This document shows, in pieces, positions 30,171 to 40,107 of a stretch of 64,000 nucleotides of DNA. Origin of the DNA: a virus (Duplodnaviria; Caudoviricetes). Both the position numbers and the translations under genes were made by a program. The notes under the pieces were generated by a model. It saw only the letters and a program-made list of their open reading frames with translations. It did no database searches and was not told where the DNA came from. The stretch is from positions 64,001 to 128,000 of the IMG/VR virus record IMGVR_UViG_3300021255_005861; one strand, 5' to 3'. How positions within the stretch are numbered: position 1 is the first letter of the stretch; each line of letters opens with the position of its first letter.

Positions 30171-30321
30171 CTAGGCTAGACTCGAGCAATGCAGAAACTA
30201 CGCACGGTCCCGTGCCCAAGAGAGGCGAACATAAAGTACAAGGTCCCGGAAGGCGAGAGCCCGAAGAGGGGACCGACCGGCACCGCCGGTCACGCTGCCC
30301 AAACCTGGGCGGCGAGTCATC

Positions 30322-30347
30322 AAGCCCGGAAACTACCGGGCGTTTTT
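30322..30347. terminator. Hairpin between the TR transcript and the convergent RT gene
   Basis: GCCCGG-aaacta-CCGGGC followed by gttttt; overlaps the RT stop. Confidence 0.55.
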
Positions 30348-31688
30348 CATCCCGTCCGGCAGCGCCAGGTTTCCCCGTGCACAGTACAGCTCGCGGTTAG
30401 TAGTGCCTTTGAACATGTAGCCCATAGAGTTCTCGAGTTCGCAGCCTTCTATCGGCAGCACGTCCTCGCCCGCCGCTATCAAGGCCTTGACGCGGGCGAG
30501 GAACTCCACGACGGCGGGTGCTTCCGTCTTGGCCGTGTAGCGCAGTTCCCTTCCCGTGGGCTGTCCGTCCACATACTCGGGCACGCCGACGAGCAGGCGC
30601 ACCCAGTTCGGCGTTTCCTTCCCGTCCTTGCCCTTCGCGTAGCGTAGCGAGAAGTCGTACAGGTTGAACGGGGCTCGGGCGAGTTCCTTGATGGCGATGG
30701 GTTCCGCGTCGAAGGCACGGTCTATCTTTATCTTTTCCGTGAGTTTCGCGAAGTTCATCCTTTCCTCTATAGATTTCATCGTGTCGTAGGAGTCCGTGTG
30801 CCGCAATATACCAAAGTACGACGCCCACGACTTGTCGGACCTGCAGGCGCGGGCGCGTTTGAGGATGTTGCGCCGTACCCGCGTGTACTTGCCTTCCCGG
30901 TATACTACGAGCCCGCAGAAGGACACGGGGCACCTGTCCATGTCCACAATGGCGGGGTTGCGCTTGGCGAGCACGCCGTACTCGTACCACCAGAAGTTCT
31001 TGATGCGCCACTTGGCGGCATTCGCCTCCTCCCTTGTGCGGAAGAACAGGATAATGTCGTCGGCGTAGCGGAACTTGGGGCCGGGGACTGACCCGAGCCA
31101 GCGGTCGAAGGCGAGCATGATGATGTGGTGGGCGAGCGGGGACGTGGGCGTGCCTATCGGGAACGAGTTCACGTGGAACGTGACGGCGACGCCGAAGTCC
31201 ACGAGTTCCGGGTCGTCCGTGAGGGACTTGAGGGCGCGACGAAATAGCCTCCTCGTCATGTGGCCGTAGCAGTGGCGCTGGTCGATGTGCAGGGCGTAAT
31301 GCAGGTCGGTGCGGGAGTAGACGACGGACTTGAGGCGGTGGGCGAGGGAGGTGTCCGGGTTGCGGGCGTGGATGCCGTAGCCCTTCTTGCAGTTGAAGGC
31401 GACGTGAGGGTCCATCTTGCCGTATAGTGGCTGGACTAGAAGGATGAACAAATGCTGCAGGACTCTCGTGAAGAGCGACGGCTGCTCTATGTGGCGTTGT
31501 TTGCCGTTCGAGTTGGTGGTGTCGAACTCGCGGTAGGACAGGGGGTAGTCGCGGAGGGTTACGGCTCGGGCTACGGCCAGGGCGTAGTCGTTGGGAGAGT
31601 CGAGCATGGCACGCACCTCCGCCCTGCGGGAGTGGCCGCGGGCGGCGTTCTGCATGGCCAGTAAAATTTGTTCGAAAGAAACCTGCAT
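30333..31688 (-). CDS. DGR reverse transcriptase with a ~140 aa C-terminal extension
   Basis: GKQRHI..P..RVLQH, HIDQRHCY, FPIGTPTSP, FRYADD, FCG, SYFGIL. Confidence 0.93.
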   Translation of the reverse strand: MQVSFEQILLAMQNAARGHSRRAEVRAMLDSPNDYALAVARAVTLRDYPLSYREFDTTNSNGKQRHIEQPSLFTRVLQHLFILLVQPLYGKMDPHVAFNCKKGYGIHARNPDTSLAHRLKSVVYSRTDLHYALHIDQRHCYGHMTRRLFRRALKSLTDDPELVDFGVAVTFHVNSFPIGTPTSPLAHHIIMLAFDRWLGSVPGPKFRYADDIILFFRTREEANAAKWRIKNFWWYEYGVLAKRNPAIVDMDRCPVSFCGLVVYREGKYTRVRRNILKRARACRSDKSWASYFGILRHTDSYDTMKSIEERMNFAKLTEKIKIDRAFDAEPIAIKELARAPFNLYDFSLRYAKGKDGKETPNWVRLLVGVPEYVDGQPTGRELRYTAKTEAPAVVEFLARVKALIAAGEDVLPIEGCELENSMGYMFKGTTNRELYCARGNLALPDGMKNAR

Positions 31689-31742
31689 CTAGGAAATCCG
31701 TTGCGTTTGAACTATATTGTATAGTAAAAAGGAAAGGTACGC

Positions 31743-31913
31743 ATGGTAGAGATACGCGAGGTACAGTACAGGAAGGACGGCATACTGCACGTCCTCACGT
31801 TGCCGGGAGCAGTGCGCATAGAGGACATGGACGCGGATACGGTGGACGTGGAGCGTTGCATGGTCGAGGTGCTGGACTACCTTCGCCGCGAGTGCGTAAT
31901 TACGAGGAAGTAG
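31743..31913 (+). CDS. Small hypothetical protein (56 aa)
   Basis: RBS AAGG; fills the gap before the 31917 gene. Confidence 0.5.
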   Translation: MVEIREVQYRKDGILHVLTLPGAVRIEDMDADTVDVERCMVEVLDYLRRECVITRK

Positions 31914-31916
31914 AAG

Positions 31917-33803
31917 ATGGCTACAGAGTACATATACGAACTGGGCGACAGCTTGAGCACCGGGGCATCGAGCAACGGTCCGCATGTCAAGGTAATAGCT
32001 CCCGAAAAGTACAAGGAGTCCGGGAGCGAGACGTACAAGACGATAAGCGTAGAGATAAACTCCAAGTACACCAAGCCGTCTGGTGGCATCCCGAAATCCG
32101 ACCTTGCGAGTGCCGTGCAGGCAAGCCTCGTCAACAACGTCACGCTTGGTAACGGCGAGGCGCTGGCGATAACGTTCCCGTATTCGTTGAGAACCGGGCG
32201 AAGCACGGCTCTCGTATTGGTGTCGGGCAATAACTCCAAGTACAGCCTTGTAGAGATAGGGTGGTTCAAGTCCGCTAACACAGCCATAGCGACAAACCGC
32301 ATCTACACCCACGTACTCGCGAGCAGGGATTCCGAACGTGACAGCGTGCCCGCAATTTACGTGGACTACGGGACGTCCGAGTCCGGTTGCGCCATTTATC
32401 TCGGCTTGAATAATAGCGAATGGACCACGCAGATGTCGGTGTTGCTGAACTGCGAGAACGCAGGTAGCGTTGCCATTGGTGCGGTAAGCCCTGCGACGGC
32501 ATCCTCCGCAACTGACATAAGCGGTAATATGGTGTGGAACGTGGACAGCCGTCGGGTGCTGGGTACGTTGTCATCGTCGTCGTGGAGCGGTGACGACACC
32601 AACATTCCTACGCGCGGGGCCGTGGAAGAGAAGATTTCGGATGCGATGAGCGGTGAACTCGGCGGGTGGCTTGGGGTGTTCACGGTTGCCGCGGCCAACT
32701 ACAAATGCGCGGCAAAGAACTTCAAGAAGGGCGACTGGATGACGGTCAGCGAGGCTGGTACGCTCACGTATTGGCCTCAGAACGGGAGCACGTCCACAAC
32801 GCTCGCCGTGGCCGCGAACAGCGACGTGTACTGGACCAGCGACGGATACCTACAAGTCAAGCCCTCTACGGCTGTTCAAGTATACCCCGTTACCAGCCTT
32901 TCGGACTGGAATACGCTCACTAGCACCGGGCTGTATCAAGTTGCATCGCAGGCTAGCAACGTGCAGAACTCTCCTGCAGACGGAGTGACGGGCATCAGTT
33001 GCCTCGTAAGCGCATCCGGCGGAAAGGTGCTGCAGATGGCGCAGACCAACTCGACGATATTCTACAGGGCTTACGTCACGGGAAACTGGAGCGCATGGCG
33101 AGACGTGAAAAGTGCGGAGAGCGCAACGAATGCCGTCAACTATATGACGAATGGGCAGCCGTATGGTATTGATACGAGATTCCGCGAATTGCAGACTGCG
33201 ATAGGGAACACGATAAATACATGGATGCTCGTCAACAACTCTAATAATTGGGTCAAGTACAACGCGTATACTGGTACTAGCTACGACTCGGGGACACTCC
33301 AGTCGTCGGTGCTTATAAACGAGATTGTCTATGCCGCTGGAAATACAACTGAACTAGACCTACGTATAGGCATAGGAAGTATTACGGACGACGAGAAATT
33401 TGCGATGTTTCCTCCTTTTGGATATTGCGGTATTAACGGAAGTGGTGTAGAACTTCGTAGGGCTTGGAAGCGTTTTGTGCGCTACCGTATAACGATATAC
33501 AACACGAGCGATTCCACCGCCGCATTGTATGCGATATGCGGTGGCCGCGCGACTGATACTAGGGCAGGCTATTGGAGAAGAGGCGCGGTAGTTGTTGACT
33601 ATACGGAATATTTAACCCCAAATACAGACCCTAGAGGATGGTCTGTAGGCTGGTTGAACAAGGTCCAGTTCGCCACGCTATTGGCGCACAAGTGGGGAAC
33701 ATGGGAAGTCTGGTGGTATCGCGATGGGCCTGAAAATGACCCGAATTTTTCAAGCTACGACTACATGTTCATCACTACAATCAAGGCACCTAGTATAATT
33801 TAA
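31917..33803 (+). CDS. Tail fibre / receptor-binding-type protein with a pyocin-knob-like module
   Basis: SGELGGWLG module shared with 24162; DWNTLTSTGLY...FYRAY..NWSAW. Confidence 0.7.
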   Translation: MATEYIYELGDSLSTGASSNGPHVKVIAPEKYKESGSETYKTISVEINSKYTKPSGGIPKSDLASAVQASLVNNVTLGNGEALAITFPYSLRTGRSTALVLVSGNNSKYSLVEIGWFKSANTAIATNRIYTHVLASRDSERDSVPAIYVDYGTSESGCAIYLGLNNSEWTTQMSVLLNCENAGSVAIGAVSPATASSATDISGNMVWNVDSRRVLGTLSSSSWSGDDTNIPTRGAVEEKISDAMSGELGGWLGVFTVAAANYKCAAKNFKKGDWMTVSEAGTLTYWPQNGSTSTTLAVAANSDVYWTSDGYLQVKPSTAVQVYPVTSLSDWNTLTSTGLYQVASQASNVQNSPADGVTGISCLVSASGGKVLQMAQTNSTIFYRAYVTGNWSAWRDVKSAESATNAVNYMTNGQPYGIDTRFRELQTAIGNTINTWMLVNNSNNWVKYNAYTGTSYDSGTLQSSVLINEIVYAAGNTTELDLRIGIGSITDDEKFAMFPPFGYCGINGSGVELRRAWKRFVRYRITIYNTSDSTAALYAICGGRATDTRAGYWRRGAVVVDYTEYLTPNTDPRGWSVGWLNKVQFATLLAHKWGTWEVWWYRDGPENDPNFSSYDYMFITTIKAPSII

Positions 33804-33810
33804 CGACTCG

Positions 33811-33851
33811 GGCAAGAAATCCCACTCATCTTTAGCGTGTGGGTAGTTCAT
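33811..33851 (+). mobile_element. IS200/IS605 right-end remnant
   Basis: CAAGAAATCCCAC..CTTTAG..GTGGGTAGTTCA. Confidence 0.55.
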
Positions 33852-33863
33852 CGGAGATAACTT

Positions 33864-34061
33864 ATGGGCAGCAATATAGCAAAATGGATACGCATGATGC
33901 GCAAGACCAATCCAAAAGCCTCTATCGTCCCTTCCTTCAACGAGGCAGACTCCGGCAAGGTGCTCGCCGCAGGGAAGGACGGGGAGCCCACGTGGGCGGA
34001 CTGCGAAGGCGGGGTACCGCTGGAGGACGGCGAGTCCATCATCGTGTCCAAGGAAGAGTAG
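33864..34061 (+). CDS. Small hypothetical protein
   Basis: RBS GGAG; D.GKVL..G.P.W motif seen in fibre proteins. Confidence 0.55.
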   Translation: MGSNIAKWIRMMRKTNPKASIVPSFNEADSGKVLAAGKDGEPTWADCEGGVPLEDGESIIVSKEE

Positions 34062-35900
34062 ATGTCTACGAGAGAACGGGTACTGCAACGGGTGCGGGAA
34101 CTACGAGCCCAGCATTTCCACCCGTCGCGCCTTACTGACGGCGACCGATTCCTGTTGGAGCGCCTAACTACACTGCATGGCTACCGCACCTTCTACACGG
34201 GAACCCCGCAGGGCGAACTCTTCATACACTGGTTCTACCGCGACCGCTCCGAGGACCGCCTGTCCCGCTGCGAGATATTTCACTTGAACATGCTCCGCTA
34301 CTTCAACGTGATGGACAAGGTGGAAGCCATACATATCCGTTGTGCAACGACACAGGGAAAGACCCGCGCGATGGAGCAGGCGATATCTATTATCTCCGAG
34401 GGTCACGCGTCCGTGGACTTCCAGTTAGTGACGCCCAAGCGCTCGTGGGAACACGACACCTTCAAGGAGTGCGTCGAGTACGCCGTGTCCTCGGGCAAGT
34501 TCGTATACTACATCCACTTCAAAGGCGCCTCCCGCATTTCTGATCCAACCCTGGGCATACCCGGCAGGATACTGAACCACTGCTCCGAACTGGACCTGCT
34601 CTATTGGAACTACCTCATGTACCTTGCGATGTTCAACGCCCCCGACGGCGTGAAGGCCATAGGCCCGCTCCTGCACAAGGGAATGAACAAGACGTACAAG
34701 AACAGGGACAAGTCGTGGTCGCAACTGTGCACGGGGGCTCAGGTGTTCCACTACTCAGGCAGTTTCCAGGCCTTCTCCGGCAACTACATCCGCGAGTGCC
34801 TCTCCGCATGCGGTATGGCAGACCGTCCTGTAAGGGACGCCAGGCTGTGGGTCAACGACCCGTATACGGTAGAGATGTTTCTCAGCCTCGTAGCCTTGCG
34901 GAAGGACGTGTATTCGCTAGACGTCCCCTATACGGCCACCAACGGGATATACGCCTGTTACACGAAACACAAGATTCCGAAGTATGAGGCGGCGTTTAAA
35001 AAATTATTTGCAAGTATTTGTATTGCTAATTGGTCTTATAAGAATATTGGTGGAACTGAAACGTTTAACTATGCTTTGGCAACGGCCTTAAAACAATTAG
35101 GGTATTTCGTTTGTTATTATTCGCCTAATATGGGTGTTGACGGGCTTACAGAAAAGGAATTGGTTGCCGCGGGTATTACCCCTTATAGGGGCGAACCGCT
35201 TCTTTGTTGCTTTGCTAATCAAAATGTCGGTGTGCATTTTTTGGGGAAATGCCCTGTTATACAGACGTGTCATTCTGCAATAATAGGCCCCGAACGGCCT
35301 ATTCGTAATATGAATGCTTACGTATCTATTACGGAAGAAGTTTCGGACTACTTGGATAAACTTGGATATAAGTCTGTACAGATTAGAAACGGTGTTGATT
35401 TGGAGCGGTTTAATTCCCGGAAACCTTTGCGTGCTATACCCCGAGTTCTTTCTATTTGTCAAGGCGATGACGCTTTATTGCAGGAAGCCTGTTCTCGTTT
35501 GGGGTGGTCTTTCGTGAATGTTCCAAAATCTTCGGATGCTCGTATATGGCACATAGAGGATTTGATAAACGACGCTGATATCGTTGTAGGCATAGGACGC
35601 TCGCTCTACGATGCCATGGCGTGCGGACGTGTTTGTATTTCGTGGGATAACCGTCCGCTGAACCCGTATACGGGTTGCGGATACGTGACGGCTGAACGCT
35701 GGCATGACTACGCCCGCACGAACTTCACGGGGAGAGGATATCCGAGGATAGACACGGTAGATGGGCTTATACGAGAGTTATGTAAGTACCGCCCCGCGGA
35801 CGGGGTTACGATGCGGGTATTCGCCGAGCGGGAGCTGGACATGCGCAGGAACGTGCTGAAGTACTTGGCGTTGGCCGGGATAGAAATAAGCAAAAAGTAA
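34062..35900 (+). CDS. Two-domain glycosyltransferase-like protein (GT-B/GT4-like C-terminal half)
   Basis: GGTETF, IRNGVDLERF, ADIVVGIGRSLYDAMACGR. Confidence 0.75.
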   Translation: MSTRERVLQRVRELRAQHFHPSRLTDGDRFLLERLTTLHGYRTFYTGTPQGELFIHWFYRDRSEDRLSRCEIFHLNMLRYFNVMDKVEAIHIRCATTQGKTRAMEQAISIISEGHASVDFQLVTPKRSWEHDTFKECVEYAVSSGKFVYYIHFKGASRISDPTLGIPGRILNHCSELDLLYWNYLMYLAMFNAPDGVKAIGPLLHKGMNKTYKNRDKSWSQLCTGAQVFHYSGSFQAFSGNYIRECLSACGMADRPVRDARLWVNDPYTVEMFLSLVALRKDVYSLDVPYTATNGIYACYTKHKIPKYEAAFKKLFASICIANWSYKNIGGTETFNYALATALKQLGYFVCYYSPNMGVDGLTEKELVAAGITPYRGEPLLCCFANQNVGVHFLGKCPVIQTCHSAIIGPERPIRNMNAYVSITEEVSDYLDKLGYKSVQIRNGVDLERFNSRKPLRAIPRVLSICQGDDALLQEACSRLGWSFVNVPKSSDARIWHIEDLINDADIVVGIGRSLYDAMACGRVCISWDNRPLNPYTGCGYVTAERWHDYARTNFTGRGYPRIDTVDGLIRELCKYRPADGVTMRVFAERELDMRRNVLKYLALAGIEISKK

Positions 35901-35957
35901 GTTTACTCTTGTTCTTACAAAATGTATATTTAAGGTAAGAAAAATAGGAGTTAGATT

Positions 35958-36407
35958 ATGCCTTTGAAGATTAAGGTACATAGAACTAATGAGGATTTCG
36001 TCTGCGAGATGGCGAACAAATGGCAGGAGGAAACCGGCCTGCCCATGAACATCTGGATAGACGAGTCCCAGTGGTACCTGCAGGGAGGGCACTCCAAGCG
36101 CCTCAAGTTCCAGCTAGATACATCCGATCGCCTAAAGAAGGACGAACTTGGCGAGATGGACATGGACGGTAACATATGGCCTAAGAAACTCAAGACTCCG
36201 AACCTGCGGGAGAAGGATCTTTCGCAACTGCGGAACTTTGTACACAATAACCGCTACGCCCTCGAGTACGTGGCGGACATGGACGTACGACTTTACCAGA
36301 TTTGGAATGACCTCATCAAGGGTGGCAAGCGTGCAACGGACGAGCAGATAGCGGAACTGAACCGTAAGGTGGACGCCGTGCTAGCGAAGAACAGGAGGAA
36401 GAAATGA
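35958..36407 (+). CDS. DUF4160-like protein with tag MPLKIKVHRTNE
   Basis: CE|MANKW..TGLP.NIWID..H..RLKF. Confidence 0.65.
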   Translation: MPLKIKVHRTNEDFVCEMANKWQEETGLPMNIWIDESQWYLQGGHSKRLKFQLDTSDRLKKDELGEMDMDGNIWPKKLKTPNLREKDLSQLRNFVHNNRYALEYVADMDVRLYQIWNDLIKGGKRATDEQIAELNRKVDAVLAKNRRKK

Positions 36408-36856
36408 CTATTAAGATAAGAGTTAATGAAAGAATATCCGAGGACGCTCTCATGGAGATGGCTACCCTGCGCCCCAAGAAGTCCGGCCTGCCCGTTGTGC
36501 TCTACATCGACGACTCGGGCAGCTACATCCGTGGCAAGCACGCACCCCGTATCAAGTTCGAGCTCAGCCGAACATCCTCACCTAATACTCGTTCCCACGC
36601 AAGCATGGCGACGATGGATTTCGACGGCGAGGTTATTACGGGCAAGCATCCGCCGAAGGCTTCCGACCAGATCACGAACTCGGAAATCGGGGAAATCCGG
36701 AATTTTGTTAAGAACAACCGCGAGGCGCTACAGCTAGTGGCTGACGAGCGCATCGACTATGACGACTTCGTGCCCATAATGATCCGCGGGGGCAAGCCCG
36801 CCACGGAACAGGAACTGCAGGAACTCTCTGGGAAACTCAAGGAACTCACGGAATAG
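36404..36856 (+). CDS. Paralog of the preceding gene, tag MTIKIRVNE
   Basis: ME|MATL..SGLP..LYID..H.PRIKF..RNFV.NN. Confidence 0.65.
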   Translation: MTIKIRVNERISEDALMEMATLRPKKSGLPVVLYIDDSGSYIRGKHAPRIKFELSRTSSPNTRSHASMATMDFDGEVITGKHPPKASDQITNSEIGEIRNFVKNNREALQLVADERIDYDDFVPIMIRGGKPATEQELQELSGKLKELTE

Positions 36857-36938
36857 ATAAGGAGGTATAATAAAAATTTAAATTTTTATATGAAAATAGT
36901 TGCATCTTAATGAAATTTTATATATATTAAACATAGTT

Positions 36939-37517
36939 ATGAAGCAAGAGTTAAAAATAAGTGAATACGCTAAAAAGGTACGATGCTGTACCCGCACAGT
37001 ATGGAATAAGATATATGCCCATACGATAGATGCCCGTAAGACCGAAAACGGGTGGCGTATTTTTGTTGACGATGGTATCGCAGAGCCTAAATATGCCGTA
37101 TATGCTAGGGTTTCTTCCGCAGAGAACAAGGACAACCTGGAACGGCAGAAACAGCGTTTATTGGACTTTTGCGCAGCTAAGGGATGGCCCGTAGAGAAAT
37201 CCGTCGAAGAGGTTGGATCGGGCTTGAATGACGAACGAAAGAAACTTGCCAAGCTGCTTGCTGACGAGACAATAACGCATATTGTTGTCGAGCACAAGGA
37301 TAGGTTCTCCCGTTTCGGGTTTCGTTATGTAGAACAGCTCCTAAAACAACAAGGCCGCTGTATCGTGGTAATTAACGAGCAGGACAATGAACGGGATGAC
37401 TTGATGGAAGATTTTGTATCTATTATTACGTCGTTTACGGCACGTCTCTATGGCAGGAGACGCTCCCGTAGAAGGACTGAAAAACTTATAGAGGAACTGA
37501 AGAAGGATGATGCCTAG
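36939..37517 (+). CDS. tnpA: IS607 serine recombinase TnpA
   Basis: N-terminal HTH, YARVSS, EVGSGLN, EHKDR..RFG, LYGRR. Confidence 0.93.
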   Translation: MKQELKISEYAKKVRCCTRTVWNKIYAHTIDARKTENGWRIFVDDGIAEPKYAVYARVSSAENKDNLERQKQRLLDFCAAKGWPVEKSVEEVGSGLNDERKKLAKLLADETITHIVVEHKDRFSRFGFRYVEQLLKQQGRCIVVINEQDNERDDLMEDFVSIITSFTARLYGRRRSRRRTEKLIEELKKDDA

Positions 37518-38814
37518 AACAGACAAGAATGTGTACGCCTGCAGCTACTCGTTGCCTTTCTATGGCAACGGTAAGTTGCTATGCGAGATGCACAAGGCGA
37601 AATCCCTCTACAATGCCACCTTATGGTACTATCGACAAGCACTTGATGAACACCACCTAGCGAAGGCGGAAGGGCGAAATCCGCTCGTAGAATATCCGAA
37701 TAATTTTGAACTAGAACATAAATTTAGGGAAGAATACCAGGTGAACTTTTTCAGCCTGCCCCAGAAGGTAAGCCAACAGGTTCTACGCGACGTGCAGTCC
37801 GATTGGGCATCTTACGTCGCCCACGTAGTCCGAAACAGGGCATATCCCGAAGATTCTCCCGAACGCAAGGAAAAGATAAACCCACCTAGATACAAGAAGA
37901 AGGACGGGTACGGACGTCTCCGGTATACGATTCAGGCGATATCCTTCAAGAAGTATCCTGGAAAGGCGTGCCCTAGCGGCTTAGATATTGGGTTAGACAT
38001 ACCTCCATTCATAGACCCAAAAAGAATCCAGCAACTCATAATAGAACCCGATGGTGCGGACTATATCCGAGTGACATTTATCTATAGGGTAGACCTTGCT
38101 GAAGAACGAGAGGACAATGGACGGGTAATGGGTATTGACTTGGGCGTAAACAATCTTGCCACATGCGGTACGAATGTAGGCCGGGGCTTGATTATTGACG
38201 GCAAGCCCTTGAAGTCAATGAACCAGTACTTTAACAAGAAACTTGCAAAGATGAAGTCCGATAACGATGCGTTACTGGACAAGGAACTGAAAAGGAAGGT
38301 AGAGACACAAAGACATCACTGTACAAGGAATATCGAACGGCTGTACAGGAAGCGCAGAAACAAAGTTAAGGATTATCTGCACAAGGCATCCTGCTGCATA
38401 TTCGACTATGTAGCATCCAATGACATCACCACGATAGTGGTCGGAAAGAATGTAGGTTGGAAGCAAGAGTGCGATATGGGTGCCCGCAATAACCAGACCT
38501 TTGTACAGATCCCGCATGCCAAGTTCATAGATATCCTTGCCTATAAGGCCCGTGCACATGGGATAATGCTCGTTACTACGGAGGAGTCATACACATCCAA
38601 GTGTTCCTTCATAGACAACGAGGAAATGTGCCATCACGAGCAGTATATGGGAAAGCGTATAAAGCGCGGGTTGTTCCGTACCAAGGAAGGCAGACTGATA
38701 AATGCCGACTTGAACGGGGCGCTCAATATCATAAGAAAAGTAGTCCCCAACGCATTTGCCGAGGGGATAGAGGCGGTTGTAGTTCCGCCAACACGTACCC
38801 TAGTGGCTGCGTGA
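37507..38814 (+). CDS. tnpB: TnpB nuclease
   Basis: MGIDLG, EESYTSK, INADLNGA. Confidence 0.9.
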   Translation: MMPRTDKNVYACSYSLPFYGNGKLLCEMHKAKSLYNATLWYYRQALDEHHLAKAEGRNPLVEYPNNFELEHKFREEYQVNFFSLPQKVSQQVLRDVQSDWASYVAHVVRNRAYPEDSPERKEKINPPRYKKKDGYGRLRYTIQAISFKKYPGKACPSGLDIGLDIPPFIDPKRIQQLIIEPDGADYIRVTFIYRVDLAEEREDNGRVMGIDLGVNNLATCGTNVGRGLIIDGKPLKSMNQYFNKKLAKMKSDNDALLDKELKRKVETQRHHCTRNIERLYRKRRNKVKDYLHKASCCIFDYVASNDITTIVVGKNVGWKQECDMGARNNQTFVQIPHAKFIDILAYKARAHGIMLVTTEESYTSKCSFIDNEEMCHHEQYMGKRIKRGLFRTKEGRLINADLNGALNIIRKVVPNAFAEGIEAVVVPPTRTLVAA

Positions 38815-38852
38815 CTAACCTGTTTCATTGTTTTGCATTGAAATTGGAAACT

Positions 38853-39248
38853 ATGCACATCCTCATACAGGTGAATGCGGATGAGCACCATATCGGTAAC
38901 CCCTACTTCAAGGTCTATAACGATGCTTCCTACGGAACGGCTACGGCGATGAACCGAGTATCGTTCAACGCCCCCGAATATATAAGGCATACCACCTACG
39001 GCAAGAACAGGTGGTTCCTGAACTCCAAGGAGAAGCGGAATCCAATCGCCTTGCTGAACGCCCCGTCCGACCACATCGACCGGCGAGACACGTCATGGGA
39101 ATATACGAACTGGGAATGGGCCATTATTCAGTACAACAATGAAATCTGCGCCGTGGGCGAGAAGGACACTGTAGAGGGCAGGCTGAAGGGTAAGGCGCTC
39201 TCTATAGACCTATCGATGCCGGACTATCTAGGATTGCCCCGGAAATAA
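38853..39248 (+). CDS. DUF4160-like hypothetical protein
   Basis: DEHHIGNPYFKVY, C-terminal MPDY; RBS displaced by the IS607. Confidence 0.55.
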   Translation: MHILIQVNADEHHIGNPYFKVYNDASYGTATAMNRVSFNAPEYIRHTTYGKNRWFLNSKEKRNPIALLNAPSDHIDRRDTSWEYTNWEWAIIQYNNEICAVGEKDTVEGRLKGKALSIDLSMPDYLGLPRK

Positions 39249-39288
39249 GAATGTTGCACGGGGCACCTAAAAAACCTATATTTAGGAC

Positions 39289-39819
39289 ATGAACTTCGAC
39301 CTAGGCACATCGGCGCTCCGCCGCGCCCTCGCACCCCGCACCTACACCCTGCGCTGCAAGGTGTCCGAGGCAGGCTCTCCCCTCAAGGTGCACTGCGTAC
39401 TCAACGCAAAGAAGGAAATCGCCCTTGACTTCTGGGCCAAGCCCCTCCTCTCCCAGTCCTACTCCTACGAGGTGGACGACGAGGTCATCGTGGAAGTCCG
39501 CTCGCTCTGCGAGGCGTACGTCCTCGGGCTCGCGTCCGAACTTTCCGGCACGGACACCGACCAAGAGTTCTACGTCCGGCTGGGCAAGAACATCCTCAAG
39601 GGGCGCAAGGACGGGACGACATTCGAGTTCACGGGCGGCGACGGGAACTTCAAGTTGGAGCACACGGCGCTCGGAACCAGCGTCACCACGAAGGGCGTGC
39701 TCACGCTCACGGGAGACTTCGTGAATATAGGCGACGCGATGGGCTTCGGGCTGAACTGCAACACGGTATGCCCCCTCCAGGGCATGCACGTGCCCACGCA
39801 GATGAAGACGCAGCTCTAG
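39289..39819 (+). CDS. Probable baseplate spike / gpV-like protein
   Basis: N-terminal OB-like region, beta-rich repeats, C-terminal Cys/His; TTGCAC-17-TATATT promoter 6 nt before the ATG. Confidence 0.5.
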   Translation: MNFDLGTSALRRALAPRTYTLRCKVSEAGSPLKVHCVLNAKKEIALDFWAKPLLSQSYSYEVDDEVIVEVRSLCEAYVLGLASELSGTDTDQEFYVRLGKNILKGRKDGTTFEFTGGDGNFKLEHTALGTSVTTKGVLTLTGDFVNIGDAMGFGLNCNTVCPLQGMHVPTQMKTQL

Positions 39820-40097
39820 CGGAACTTCTGCAGGCGGGCTATGAATCGGCGTGTTCTCTCTGCCGCACGTGACGGGGGTGCGGAATCCCCCCTAGCCTTG
39901 ATTTCCTTACGCATCATTCTCGTTATTTTCTTCAGGTAGGCGTCCTCGTCCACGAGGCGGATCATGCCATTGTTGTCTACGCAGAACTCGTCTATCAAGG
40001 CATCCGGCACTATGACGTCGAACACGTCCGGTGCTGTGAGGTATGTTTCGTACGTGCCGTTCGCTACTGCGTCCTTCACGATTTCGTCTAACGTCAT
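39816..40097 (-). CDS. Hypothetical protein
   Basis: RBS GGAG; follows the 40108 gene. Confidence 0.6.
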   Translation of the reverse strand: MTLDEIVKDAVANGTYETYLTAPDVFDVIVPDALIDEFCVDNNGMIRLVDEDAYLKKITRMMRKEIKARGDSAPPSRAAERTRRFIARLQKFR

Positions 40098-40107
40098 GTG
40101 CTTTCTC

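Larger units (their letters stand above)
36866..38847 (+). mobile_element. Complete IS607-family element (tnpA + tnpB)
   Basis: GG at both junctions; removal regenerates AAGGAGG-AAACT-ATG for the 38853 gene. Confidence 0.85.

Noticed and set aside
30065-30400. ORF resembling the target protein C-terminus
   Set aside because: It is the template repeat read in frame; there is no evidence it is a gene
30333-31688. RT as a group II intron or retron
   Set aside because: No domain V/VI or msr-msd seen; the adenine-specific TR/VR pair explains it as a DGR
31917-33803. Second DGR target
   Set aside because: No TR-like sequence at its 3' end or elsewhere in the window
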